A DNA stretch of 64,000 bases from Crassostrea angulata (Eukaryota), in NCBI RefSeq assembly GCF_025612915.1, contig NC_069116.1:24579051-24643050 (forward strand). The letters run 5' to 3'. A program made the position numbers and the translations under genes. Within the stretch, counting starts at the first letter, position 1; every line of letters begins with the position of its first letter. Positions 47,293-61,400 of the stretch are shown here, in pieces. Under the pieces are notes generated by a model, which worked only from the letters and a program-made list of their open reading frames with translations, made no database searches and was not told the DNA's origin.

Positions 47293-47541
47293 ATGTCTCT
47301 AGAGAAAAGGGAACGAAGTTCGCAAATGGAATCCCCCCCGAAATGTACAGTCTTCCATGTCTTTAAGAAACAGCGACTCGTACACAACAAGTACCTTCTT
47401 CATGGACACTCCCTAGAGTCAGTTAGCAGTGAAAAGTACCTAGGTGATACTTTAAACATCAAGCTTAACTTGACGGAACACATCTATAATATCCGAGTCA
47501 AATCATGCAAAACCTTAGGCTTTCTTCGCCGCAATCTCTAG
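47293..47541 (+). pseudogene. Fragment of the C-terminal tail of a non-LTR (LINE) retrotransposon ORF2/RT.
   Basis: ORF 47293..47541 contains …KYLGDTLNIKLNLTEHIYNIRVKSCKTLGFLRRN. This is the typical LINE RT tail (KYLGV.ID.KL.F.EHI … K..K.LGFIRRN). Confidence 0.5.
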
Positions 47542-49330
47542 GAATGAGAGCTGACGCCAAATTTACGGCTCACAGTACAAGGTCAGAGGCTTATGTTGCT
47601 TCTCCAATGTGATCAATTCAGTCTTTATCCTCTCCGGAGTGTTATGGATATCCTTTCTATCAAGCCAAGATTGGATCTCTGCCTTCGGTGCCGACGAAGT
47701 CAGACACTTAGACTCAAGATCCAGATGACTGTGATAGTAAGGATATCCATCACTATGACTGAATTGGCCGGTAAAGTTAGGAAGTAACTGCTCAGTGAAC
47801 CACTTCGTGAAGTTTTCTGAGTTCCATTTCGTCATGATAATCCTGGATGCCTGTTTTCGAATCAAAAATGAAAGCAGATCCTGGGATCATGAACCTGTAT
47901 CCACAATGATAAGACGAGAGCCATTCCCAGATTAGACAAAACGCCCATGACCTCCACGATGAGACTCAAAGGCAAAGATAGATGTCATAGGACAGTCCAC
48001 CCAATCTCCCCTCGTTACATATTTTGTTCAACCAAGTCACATTTAAATACACAACAGGGCGAGCCTCTTCTCTAAACTTCCTATTAATGGTTGCATACTT
48101 ATTATATCGTACCTGTCACCGCTGTGACGTTGTTTGGAACCTGCTCTGTAGAATCTGGAAAAAAAATATACATGATATTTTTAATGCACATACCATTTTT
48201 GATTATCACATGTAAACAAATAATTGATGGTATGATCTGTTTTTGCTTGATCTAAATTGAATTAAAAAAATTTTTTTGGCCACTTCGTTAACTGTTATCA
48301 GTATCTGCGACTCAGGTGATCGTCTTGATCTGAAACCGTGTTGTTATTCTGCTAGTATGTGGTTTCTGACATAATTATTCATAATTTGGCTGTGCAGTGT
48401 GTGCACATATGTTATAATAATTTAATAATAAATACAAATCTGGAGGTTAAGAAGTTTGAAGCTGAGCGTTTCTGTCATTTCTAATCTTTTTTTAAATATT
48501 GGGAACATAAAGGCATCCCTCAAGTCGTCTGGCACTTTTCCAATATCAGCAAAGGTTGGAATAGTTTTGTCATGATCGAGTTATGTAGGAATAATGTTGG
48601 GAGTGCATTTCTGCAGCTTTGTGTACATTCAGACCCTCAACTAGCTTATACACACCGTTATTTCATACGTGGATGTTGGTTAAGGTTGGGTCTGGAGTAT
48701 CTCCTTTTGATGTTACTGCAGGCACAGGGGCATGGTTTCCGCTCTACACTCTATGACATATATATATATATGAATAATACACAAGAAGGACATGATTTGT
48801 AAACAATGTCAAAAAACAACTTACTTGACAAAAGTTACAGAAATCCTCCGACACAATGTTGTAAATGTTGTCAAAAAACACGTTCACATTGAAATATTCC
48901 CAATAAACTCGGTAAAAAGCGTTTTTATCCCATTAAAACCGCTGTCTGCTGCAGACATTCAATCTCTTCGCCCAAGAAAAGATAACTCTGTACTTTCTCT
49001 CACTATATGTTCAGTAATGATAGTAGACATTTCGGCGGTAAACTTTAAAATGACTATGTGTTTTGTTTATCATAAATTGACCTGTATTATCATCGTCGAG
49101 GAAATTCGGATTGAGTGTTTTTGTATGTTTCCAATCTATAGGCATTCTTTTGACATTATTTGCATATATTTACATTTTCCAGTGTCTTTGCCTGTGATAA
49201 CACTACGTATCGATTTTGTACTATATAACCCATAATACAAATGACGCCAAATTGAGGCGCCAGCGGGGTTTGCTTATTTATACTTAAATATTTAATCGTA
49301 CGATGGCTAAAAATTATATAAATATAAGTA

Positions 49331-49462
49331 ATAAGGAATCATTTTTGAATATTATGAGGTGATAATTTCGGTCGGGGCGTGATCAAATCGGGCTTTATTG
49401 GATTTGATCACGCCCCGACCTAAATTATCACCTCATAATATTCAAAGAATGATTCCTTATTC
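49331..49462. repeat. Near-perfect ~130 bp palindrome with ~60 bp arms.
   Basis: aataaggaatcatttttgaatattatgaggtgataatttcggtcggggcgtgatcaaatc [gggctttattgg] gatttgatcacgccccgacctaaattatcacctcataatattcaaagaatgattccttatt. Confidence 0.85.
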
Positions 49463-49735
49463 CTTATAGCTTTCAGTATAATCATACATATTGTAGATGT
49501 TTGTTTACATAGAGTTCCATAGTATTGTGTATTTGGTGGGAAACTGCACTAAGCATTGATTACGTCTGTTTTAACTTTTACCGGGAAATTTCATGATTTA
49601 TGTTGTAATAACCCGACCCGAACCCGACCTCGACTTGATTTATATTAATTATTTAATAAATATCGTAAATCTTGACTATTTGTACAGCAAGAACTTATAT
49701 TTTTTGTATTGTAAATAATGTTGTTGCATATATTT

Positions 49736-49782
49736 AAGCATTGAATCATTATTTTTTGAAAGATATAGTCTCATAACTGCAG

Positions 49783-49818
<36 letters not shown>

Positions 49819-49905
49819 GCGTTATGAAAATTTGTATGCACACACCGCTGCAGTTATGAGACTATATCTTTCAAAAAATAATGATTTAATGCTTATATTT
49901 ACATT
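49736..49905. repeat. Near-perfect ~170 bp palindrome with ~66 bp arms. Its centre AACGCGCGCTAGCGCGTT is itself palindromic.
   Basis: The left arm is aagcattgaatcattattttttgaaagatatagtctcataactgcagcggtgtgtgcatacaaatt. The right arm is its reverse complement. Confidence 0.85.
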
Positions 49906-50559
49906 TTTTAAAACTTCTTTCCTTGTCTGCATATGTGATTTTTACGTTTAAATTTTTGTTTTATCCTAAGGGTTAGTTCAAATTAATGGAAGAGCCACTG
50001 TAACAGCCATAAGCGTGAACTTTGATTCTCGCTTGTGACGTTGCATTTTATAGCGTTCAACGTTTGTGACGTCATAATAAAACCAATCATTCTAACCTTT
50101 GAGTACCCTGTGTGTGTTACGGTCTTATATCTGCAGTATCTTTTCACACACTTTACATGCAAAAAATATTTGTAATGTAAATATACTACTATAATTAAGA
50201 TTAAATAGTTATTATTGTACATATATACGTGTGTATTGCAATGACCTTGTTACGAAAATATACATTTAGCAGTTATAAATAAACGTACGGAGGTCCGTTA
50301 CGGAGAGAATCGAATTAGCCTTCAAGGGGTCAGGAAGGATATTTTATGAACAGAGAAGCTTTGAGTAACGAATGTTACAGGTATTTATTGATAGGAGTGA
50401 CTAGGTCACAGCAATTAGAATTGTTAAATATTTAATGATTATTCTGATTTTAATAGTTCATGTTTTAAATAAATAAAGTTTATCTATTTATTTAAATTAG
50501 AATTAAAGTTTTTATTTACGTAATTGAATTAATCCATAGTTCATAGAAAAATTGAAATT

Positions 50560-52420
50560 ATAATAACGTCTACCAAAATTGTAAATTTCATATCCCCTGG
50601 GAATGTAATTGTTAATGCATATAATGTTTAAAAATCTTCTCTACTCCCATATATCTGTAAGAAAAATTAAACTCATAATTATTTTACCAGGAAGCCTTCT
50701 ACCAAAATTTTATATTTCATGTCTACCGTAGTGAAGGTTTTAAATTTAGGGCGGGGCCAAAATAGGTCACATAGTGATAATGCATAGAATATTTAAAAAT
50801 CGTTTTATCTACTCACCTACATCTGTAAGAAATTCTATAACTCTCACTTGTGAGATCACAATACATCTGACACTCTTGGATTTTTCTCTAGGATCCCTCA
50901 TCAATTTAGTCCAGAATGATATAAATAGAACTTAATTTAAAAGTGATGTTTCCTCTTGCTTACTTATTGGACAAAATTGTTTTTAAAAAATAAAAAATAA
51001 AACAAATTAATGAAGTGTTTGACTACTTTACCATGGATCAGACAATATTTTTCAAGCATCGGACAGCTAAACAGGAGATATTAAATTTTTAAAAAAAATT
51101 AATTCTTTCAACAGCTATTTAGAATTGTTTTTATTTAAATCCTTGAATCAACATCAGGAATTCAGACGTGCTTCTTTTAAAAGGAATATTTATCACGAGG
51201 AGTTCTTTATCGTGCCACCACCTTTTTATTTAAATCCTTGAATCAGCAGTCAGGAATTTGTACTAGTGCTTCTTTTTCAAGGAATATTATGTCATGAGGA
51301 ATTCTTTATCGTGCCACCACCTACAGGAACTTTGGATTAAAAAGACAGTATCCATGAAACTCGAATCAAAAGTGCTCTAAGGAAAATGTTTATATCAATT
51401 ATTTTTTATTTTATTTTACTATACATTTAAAGTATATCACAAGGAAAGGGTACATAATTTATTTAATTATTTAAAAAAAATCATGCATTGAAAACTGTCC
51501 GAAGCGTGGTTAATGCGAGTCGGATCCATGGTGAAATGAAATTGAGCTTAAATGACCTGATCATTAATTGTTCAATTTCTTAGACCTCTTATAATCGAAT
51601 TTCGTTTCAAAACTTCTCTCTATTTTAGGCAGAGGGCGCATTTTCACTAATTCACAATCGCACAACATCCAAATACTGCTTTTTTGTGAAACCTTTGTAA
51701 CTAAATTTTCAAAAATGGCGTATTTGACGTCATTTTACGACGCTTATATTGCTTATATTTTTGCCAATTTGACTGTTAAAGTCTTAATCATAATAAAAAG
51801 ATCATTAGCTCTAATTCAAAGATTTCTATAATGATAACGTTCATTAGTTCTAATTCAAAGATATCAATAATGAATGAATGATAAAGTTCATTATTTCTAA
51901 TTCAGGGATATACGAAACAACACGTGAGCGCATGCACGATTCGTTGTATATTTTCAACCAAAGTTGTCCGATCAGAGGTATATGTTAGATACATGGTTAA
52001 CGTATCCTTAACGTAATTATTTATGTAGACCAGGAAGCCTTCTACCAAAATTGTATATTTCATGTACCCCAGATTAAGGGTTATGACTCTAGGGCGGGGC
52101 CAAAATGGTAATCTATAGGAAAACTGAATTCCTAATTATGTAGACCGGGAAACCTTCTATATGTGACATAATTGTCCCACGGGGAAGGGGTTTGGACTCG
52201 CTTAGCAGTCATGTAGTGATAATGGATTTAATATTTGAAAATCTTTACATCTCTGATGCTGAAAAAAATGACTGCATATTATAAAAAAAAATTATGTCCC
52301 ACAAGGTAGGAGTTTTGAATCTTGGGCGGGACTAAAACAGTCATTCTGTGTTTAGGGTAGGGATTCTTTCTGCAGCGTTAAGCCAAAATGGTCATATAGT
52401 GCTACTGTAGCCTATATAAT
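50560..52420. repeat. Loose cluster of a short interspersed repeat family built on …accaggaagccttctaccaaaattgtaWatttcatgt…ttagggcggggccaaaatRggtca…atagtgataatgcatagaatatttaaaaatc….
   Basis: Copies lie at about 50560-50640, 50690-50830, 52030-52110 and 52180-52250. Diverged copies lie at 52300-52420. Each holds a GC-box-like GGGCGGGGCC core. Confidence 0.5.
51137..51320. repeat. Tandem duplication, 2 x ~92 bp.
   Basis: The unit tttatttaaatccttgaatcaRcaKcaggaatt…ggaatattNNtcaYgaggaRttctttatcgtgccaccacc appears twice. Confidence 0.75.
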
Positions 52421-55400
52421 GTTTAAAAATTTTCTTTACGTCTTCTGTCACAGAATAAGAACTTGCTAAGAATTTAGAATAAAATCCATTAAACTGTCAT
52501 CTTTAATTAAAATTTCATGACACCAAGGGTTATGGCGGGGGTGTGGCATGTATAGTCTTATTATTTTGTTCTGCGCTAGAATTTCAACGAAAGCTATTAA
52601 GGAACTAGTAATTCACATCTATAGAAAAGAGTTAAGCTGTCTATCAAAATTAAGATATTGTGAAAGCATTCGGAGGGGGTGTAAAAGCTAGTGAAGATAC
52701 ACCGGTATTTCCTAACTTGTCCATAATGGAGTAATCTTCCCTTGCTTGTTCATATTTATTAATTAATAAGAAATAATTAATCATTGAAAATAATGTAATT
52801 TTGATTAAAAGAGTCATTGACGCCGTAATTTAGGTTTACGCTCTGGTCCTGGATACGGAAGAAACTGGACAACTTGCATCCACGAATAAACGTCTAAATT
52901 GGTCTTGTTTCTTCCATCCGATGTACAACCTGGCACAGATCACCAGTAATGACTGGGATTGTCAGCGCTCTTCCTCTTTATAGGACTACGCATCGTTTTG
53001 TCTGTTAGACGTATCGAAATCCCATTTTTGTTGCGATGAAACAATACGCCCTACGTTTCCGCAATATCATTTGACCGCAGTATCAAACAGTCGACCGTAA
53101 ATCGTCGTACCTGAAAAGTTCTGTATTGTTTGAAAAGGCAATCATAGCAATAATTTTGAAAATGACGGAGGCGAATCTGGCAATGTTTTTTTTTTTTGCT
53201 AATTGGTAGACCTCAAGTGTTTCCTTTTAAAGATAGGTGTATAGTGTTCATTCAGTCGGAAATTTGGTTTGGTAAAGTTGTGCGAGTTTGCGATACCGAT
53301 ATTTACAACGTTTATTTGCATGAAGTTCATAATCATCAGATTGCAATGTGAAGATAAATGTACATGAATGTTCGTAATTACAATTATTTCGTTTGTCTTT
53401 AGATCCCGTGCTTCCGAGTCTTGTAGTCAAACAATTTAGGGTATGGGTTTTCTTGGGTAGGCTTCCCATCGACGAAGCGTCCGGAACATATTCATATTCA
53501 GTAATGTTGGTGATTCTTAATCTTTTCGTTTGATCTGCTGTCTTTTTTACAGCAAGAACCCCCGGGAAATGCCGCAGTAAGTGTTGGAGGTGTTTGTAAC
53601 CCGAAATGGACCTTAGCTCCTCTAGGTGCCTACGGGCGCAGTGTCCTTGAGAGAAATTAGGTCTCATCTTTGTCTAACACGACTACCAAGTCATGAATAA
53701 CATTTTCTGTTTTATTAAACTGATAACGATATTTTTTGGCTTGTCATCGGGGTCATGAATAATTTGCATTTAATGACAGTGTACTTGAAACTAGATCTTT
53801 ATATTTTTGTTATTAAGATGATTCTTGTATATTAATGTTATGTTTTAGACACGAAAAATTAAGTAACTTTGAAAACTTTTAGCTCATCAAGAAGCTATTT
53901 TCGGCTTTTAACAAAAATATTCGAATATCGATGGACCTTTTGTTTTTACCGCGTGTTACCCCTTCGTTGGGATTCGTAATCTTATTTCAGTTCGCGTTAT
54001 TACATTTTGCATTGATCCCGACGCAAAATGTAATAACATAAATAAATTGTAATAATATGTTATTATATTTCCCAATGTTATTACCTTTTGCATTGCTACA
54101 TTACATACTATACACTTAAAAATTGAAGGAAAACAATATGTCCGCATAGTTTATGGTTTACTTTAGCAATACCTTGGATCTTGGATGATACCGATCTGCT
54201 AGTCCACTGGACAGACAATTAGACCAGGTGCATTGTGACAATCATGATGATTTACAATCGTTTTCAGCAGGGATATACAACATTGATGTCAATGGTTGAC
54301 GTAGTCATGCTCATGACGTCATTGTTAAACTCAAACAGAACTCTGAGTGTTTTCGGACGGAGAATTTTCCTCGATTTTCTTGCATTATAATTTTTTTCTA
54401 ATTTGTTTTATGCTTTGTTTTAAGTTGTGCGTTTATATCACACCAACTTTAAAGAGGAGTGAATTAGATAATGTATGTTACATCAATGCTAGTTAAAACA
54501 AAATAAAAAGATAACTATAATTTTTTAAAAAGACTTTTTTCATTTCCATGTATACAGTTGTAGTATCATCAATGCTTCAATTATATTAGGATCCAGGAAG
54601 AGAAAAGAAGTTGAAGCGCAACAAGTAATTTCTGTCTAGGAAAAAGTCCAATACATCTCTCGATGTAACATAAATGGCTGCCATCTCCCAGACATGCAGC
54701 TTCTGTTCTATAGAGTTCTACAGAGAAAGGTTTCGAGTTTGCTGGAGGTCAATGCAAAATGACAGGTCAATCCAAGATGGTTATAGTTTGGGTGCCATGT
54801 ATACTCCTGTATAGCTGGTGGAAAAAGAGGCATAATTCTTGTGGACAATAGTTTAGTTCTTTATTCTGGTCACACACGGTATAATGAAGGTCTCCGCTAC
54901 TGGGATTATCAAAACCATATGTACCTGGGTTGAAATTCTCAAGGTATTCCTCAGTGACCTCTAGGCTTCTGGCATATTATGGGATATTGGTGTTAGGCAC
55001 TAAGGAAAAAAAGCTCTGAACTGGTCCTGGATGGGGTTTTTTGGCCTTGCTGAAGTCCCTTCTTCATTTACCTTACATCAGCGTTGACACCATCTTGTTC
55101 CCTTGTTGGTACGTTGTCTTATTCTGTCAATTCATGATGTTTCTTTTTGGTTCATTCGTAACAAACTTCTTTTTTATCTTTCTCAATATTCTTGATGTCA
55201 GCCTTGTATCTGACGATCGACCATGAAACGGACAATCGCCGAGAAAGGTAGATCTGGTAATATTGTCGCATCCAATGGAATGTACTCAACTTCACTGAAA
55301 TGAGGAGTATCTAGAGGACTCGAAATATAAAGATGCGTTCAAGTTTAACATCGAATTGATCTCTTCTTTTGAAACGCTACACCCAAATCCTCTGCTAGCC

Positions 55401-58400
55401 GCTAAATAGAGTACTTTTTAAAACTTGTTTAAACTTTCCCTGGTGGTTATCTTTATTATTTTAAACAATGTTGTAACCAATGCTTAACCGGAAATTGCGT
55501 TCAGTAAATTTATATGTACATACTTGAAGAAAAAGAACTTTTTTTCAGTTTATTCATTTCATTAATAACATAGAGATAAACTTCGGAAAGTTAATGTTAA
55601 ATGGCGAAATTTACGTGTATTCCTTTTTAGCCACCCCTTAGGGGTTATGCACATGCGTGCATGTTACCCTGAAAGAGTCTATACAGGCGTCTCATACAGA
55701 AGATTTTTAAAGTCATCAAAACATGAAAATGGGGTCACAATCGATATATTACACGGAAACAAAAAATGAAAGCAAATAAGATATAAAATGATTCTATTAT
55801 TCAGTTATATATTTATCTTTTTTATGCATGACCGCTTAGAATAACTTTTACTCTACTCAGATTTGAGTTGAGTAAAACTCGACGTTCGTGGCCCCGTGGC
55901 CTGGTTTCGAAGAGTCCTGTTTCTGTCAATCAGTCTTAAAGGGCTTAGATGGTGTAAATTGGGTATAAACACTGGAACAAGTTTCCCAGTCAGAGGAAGT
56001 ACATTTCTGTTGCATGGACTGCACACACAGTTTCAGCTTCATCTTTCATCCAACAGGGAAGCAAACTGTTTCTGACTTTCATCTCCACTTTTATGTAATC
56101 AATGTTATGTCCTTCTGTCTTTCTGGCTATATAAAAAATTTCTGTCTTATTTTTCTCTGCAACTTTTCATTTTAGGTACTTGAAATTTTAAATACTCTTT
56201 GTAACGGCATGCCATGCTTTGGGATTTATTTTTGTACCAATCGGACGTCAACTTCCTGTTTGATAACGACTTTTTTTTGGTTTTATATGAAATTGCATAC
56301 AACATTTGTTTGAGGCAACATTTCCGCAGATACCCTCATTATATACCTCACCTGGGCTGCCAGGGTGCCCGTGGATCGAAAATTCTGTATCTAAAAATGA
56401 TGTTACATATACATTTAGATCTTAACAAAATAAAGTTAATAAAATAAAGTGATATAATTATATTCATAGTAGATATTACACAAACATATAACTTAACAGT
56501 GCGAATATCATTTTGCTTATGTAAAGATTTATTGAAAATATGTTAAATGACGGCTTATTTATTTGCAGCCTTAATTTTCAAACAAATTGTCGTCAAAGAT
56601 TTCTCAACAACTGTTCATTGCAGATGCTTGAAATATTTACACAATTGAACTCTTCTAACGAGGGAGATGAGATAAGAATGAAATCACCAAAACGCTTAGA
56701 AAATATGTCGGTTCCCTCCGTGATTAAAGCTTTCAACTACCGTAACATTAATTATCAGCTGTAATGTACAGAAAAAGTAAAATCGAAATAATATACTGTT
56801 TCCCTGCTATTGGCAAGACATATTTGTCATGTTATCTGCAACAGACGATCATAAATATGTGACGGATTATCGATAAAGGTGAGCAGATATAATATTTTCA
56901 CTTGAACCATATATGCATGATTAATATAAAACTAAAGTTCCATAGTATCATCTCTTGTATTGATCCCAACTTCCCAAATTTAAAACATTTGCAGTATAAG
57001 ACTTAGAGTAGAAGGAACGACAGAATCTTGAAAAAGAACATGTTTTTAATAACACACGTACATGTGTATCACTATGGACATCTAATGTATGTTTAAATAT
57101 GCATATGGTTGTTTATAATTTGTATTGTATAAAAAAAAAAAAGTAAAAGGCAATGTAACTACTTACATTTTGTTTTAAAGAGTTAAATATGAATATAATG
57201 CATTCATGTAAAATATAATTTTTCAGATTCAAACATTATCATAAGCACTACTAACCTTATTCCTACATTCTAGCATATACTTGTACCTTTTTAAAATTTT
57301 TCTTCGTGATTTTTTTAAATTTGAAAATTGGTCCCAAGTTATTTGAGACCAAGTAAAATCAAGAAAGACAACTCTTAAGGATCTTCAGGATCTTTCAAAC
57401 CAAGATTTTTGCAATAATTCAGTATTTCTTTTAAAGCAATATGAGCTGTATTTTTTAGAATTTTTTTTTTGCTGCAAAAACCTGCTAGTATGATAAGTCT
57501 GCCTATAACTTAAACTTTTATGATAAATAAGATTTTTGTACATGACGACAATAATTCAATTTTGCCCCGAACAAGGCTTCTTAATGGCATTTTCCACAAA
57601 AATATGGTCAACAGAAATTTAAAAACCATGATATTATTGTCATTTTAGTAAAAAAGAACATTTTAGTAAAAAAAAAAAAAAAAATTCAACATGAAAACTG
57701 CAGCTCATATTGCTTTAATTTTTCAATTTCATTCAATTTCATTTTTTCATCTCATTAACCAACGAATATTGTTTCTTTTTTCAGATTTTTGTGGAATTTC
57801 GACCTGCAGTTTTCCCTAAAATTTTTTTTAAATATTTTAGTTTCATCTTTATGTGGATTCAAATAAAAATCATACAACCTTAATTCATGATTTTTTTCAT
57901 TTTCAAACTTTTAACATTTCACTTTCAGAAGAGTTTTAAAACAGAAATGTTTAAAAATTTGACTTATAAGGGGTTATCTGGAAGCAGACTGATATTTTAA
58001 AAATTCTCTAAAAAACGTATTGTACTTTGAGGTATATTATTGTTGAATACTGTGCCTATTATTAGTAACAAATGTATGCAACAAAAATCTCCTACACTTA
58101 TTTGGTATACACATCCCCCTTAAATACAATCTCTGTTATGGCATGGCATACGTTGAGATCTATTTTTGTACTAATCGGACGTTCCTGTTAAATGTCGACT
58201 TTGCATATTGTGTATATTCACATCAGGGCGGATGTATGTGTGAGCATTGGCTCACAAATATGTTGTCCTGACTACGATATATCCCTAAATCGGAACACAG
58301 AGTGAAATGACCTATGTACTTCTCCCAGTCCTAGGATTCACTTTATGTCTCTGGCTTTACTGGCAATCCAGCATTCTCCTAATAATTCTTCATAGACATT

Positions 58401-61400
58401 GAATGTATCAAAGGTCTACAGTCCTCATGAGATCTCAACATATATGGTTCCTGATCCTCCTTTTTTGACTGTATATATCGCCCTGTCCTAGTTCATCACA
58501 TTTAGTAAGGCATCTTCTAGATCCCTGATCATGTTGATTAATGACCACTTTAGTATCAGAATCATTCGCATTTCGAATATCAACGAATATTAAATCTAAA
58601 ACATATTTACAAGATATATGTATACATGTTTGTCCACCAATTACAAAAGCCTCTCAACTGGGGTTCATATCCTGGCACTTTTGACTGTGACATTTAACTC
58701 CTGACACCATTAGCCTCATTGTCCTCTTTATGCTGTCAATGCTTCAGATATGTACCTTGTAGCAGTTTATTTATGTCATCACAATAAGCCTCTATAACAA
58801 TTTAATTTAGTTAACAAACTTAATTACACAATATCATATAGGGTCTCGTGAATGGTATGAGATAGCTAAATGAGCCCCAAGTCGTTTATAGAAAAATGGA
58901 GGATTAAAGGGGAACAATTCTTGTAATGTAGAGAGCTACTATGGGAGTAAACACAAAATAGATTATGTTTATTAGGTGTAACGTAGCAGTACCTGGTGTA
59001 TTTATAATATGGTTAAATAACGACCAAATAACTCAACCATTCGAAGAATAAGATATAAGACTTTGGTAAAGTTAAACGAACAAGTTTATTAACGATTTCA
59101 ACAAATAACAATTTATATTCATGAATAAATATGCAGCTTACATTCATCATACACACATGAATAAATAACGAATAATGAAAAAAAATAATTTATGGAGTAG
59201 CTGAATACATAAAAATATATCCTATAAAACAGACTACGAATTTTGAATAAAAATCCCAACCCGAAAAATATTATTTTAATCAATGACGCATATTAATAGG
59301 GGACAAGTCATAGTTATATGTAACTTGAGACTTGTTAAACAAAACAACAAATCGTGCTGTATTAAATTAACAGGTTTGACTTGTTTAAAAAAAATGCTAA
59401 GGGACCGTAAATCTCAGGTTTACAATTTTGATACGAATATTAATCTTAAAATTTCAATGAAAAATTTATGTTTTCAAAGTGTAGAAAAATCCAAATAATA
59501 AACGAGCCCTTTTGTTTGATCTCTCAACAATCGACTCAAAATGAGAGAAAGAGTACAAACTTGAAGTATAGCTACGTTGCCTGTATGAACAAAAAATTAA
59601 AATAAAATTGAAGCGAAAATTTTAATAAATGTAAAACCTAATTATCGGAAAAGAACTATAAAGTCTTTAGACTAAAGTTCTTTCAATATACCGTAATGGA
59701 CTATTATATTTTGGAAAAAAACCCTACGTGACCTACTAGGCCAAAAAGTTGCATGTGAATCTCGTGAAATTTCAGCGTCTCCGTTTATATATTAACCAAT
59801 CACAGAAAACAACAGATAATATATGAAAATATCGAATATTGACAGATTGATCAGTATGATAATATTATTGGTTTACATATAAAATTCTATAATTTCATTG
59901 GTCATTTCATACAATCATGGTGATGCATATTACGTACGACAATAATTATCGATTATTCCGAGGTATTCAGAAATAAAGGAAACACGTTTTGAATAACAAA
60001 CAAAAACATATCGATACACACTTAAAAGTGATAAAATTAACATTTTCATTAATTATAAGTTGCGAGAAATAGTACAAATTCATAAATGCGCGCCATGGAA
60101 CTTTAACTAAATTTATCGACTATACCATTTCCAACATCAACCGGAAATGAACAGAAGGAAAACAATGTGCTCTTCACATATACAGTGATATACACACATA
60201 TACAGTGCAATCAATTAATCAGACAACAATGAAAAGAAAAAGGGATGTTTTAAAAATGAATTATCACAATGATGCTGGATGACAACATGTTTTTAATACA
60301 CGTTTATGCATTCAACTCGAATTTTCTCTGCACATTTAATAAAATATATATTCATATTATGCATATTATTATACATGTATACACTCTCATGACATACAAA
60401 TGCACAATTCATATTAAGCAATCTTCTCTATATTCTGCCAATAGTTTAGTCACAACAATACAAACATTCAACACAAAAAAAATAATGCAAAAAAGGGGGG
60501 GGTACTCATATACTACACTGCCCCCTCTTTAACTGTTCATGTCCCTATGAACAATATCAATCTAGAAATTCTATAAGAATACACATAAACATAGACAAGG
60601 ACATCACATGCGTAAATAGTTTTTACACCTACACAGAAATATTACACATAAACATAAGATATAAATATCACACACACAACTTTCATGCAACTGTTCAAAA
60701 TAATAAACAGGACAAGAACAATAAAATGGTGATACTTGTACTGATTTACATCAAGTAAAATGCTAAAAAAATTCTGTACCACAGCAACAAAAGCCATACC
60801 CATGGTAACAAAAATTCATAATCATGCTAACAAAGGAAATTCCATGTCTCTAAAGAGGTTCTATATTATGCTAAAGAAAAACTATATGTACTACCGACTT
60901 AAGAATATCTAATTTTTTAGGACAAAATAGTAAACCTATTATTCACTTATAAACCAATATAAACAAATCAATTAAACTCCATTACTATAGATGTGTCATA
61001 TTCATCTTCTTCAAACATTTCTATCTACTACGATAGTGATAGACATAATACTGTAGTACTCTACAGAAAAAAATAGCTCACAATGTCAGCTGTAATGTCA
61101 TTTAGAATAACAAAATACATCTAGTTCTAATTTCAGGGACAACAGAAACTGGCAAGTGAATTGGATATGACACAAGAACATGATACAGTATATATGAGCA
61201 TAAACAATAATACACAGTACTATCAAAAGTCCATCTTTCACTATCAGTGGACAGTTTTAGTATATACATACCCCCATCCAAAACTACAACCAATACTTTA
61301 CCCTTAAATTTCTAAATACATACTAAGTACTCTTCTTGACAACTGACTTCATCTTCTTGAAGGGGGTGATGAGGACCTGGACCGGCTTCTTTCTCTTGTC

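Noticed and set aside
47563-47865. ORF 47563..47865(-) of 100 aa, adjacent to the LINE tail.
   Set aside because: It has no recognisable domain. It is on the opposite strand to the LINE fragment. Insufficient evidence.
53248-53667. ORF 53248..53667(-) of 139 aa, the longest non-TE ORF in the right half.
   Set aside because: It has no recognisable motifs, no splice context and no codon-bias signal I can judge by eye. It is probably a chance ORF or a decayed TE fragment. Left uncalled.
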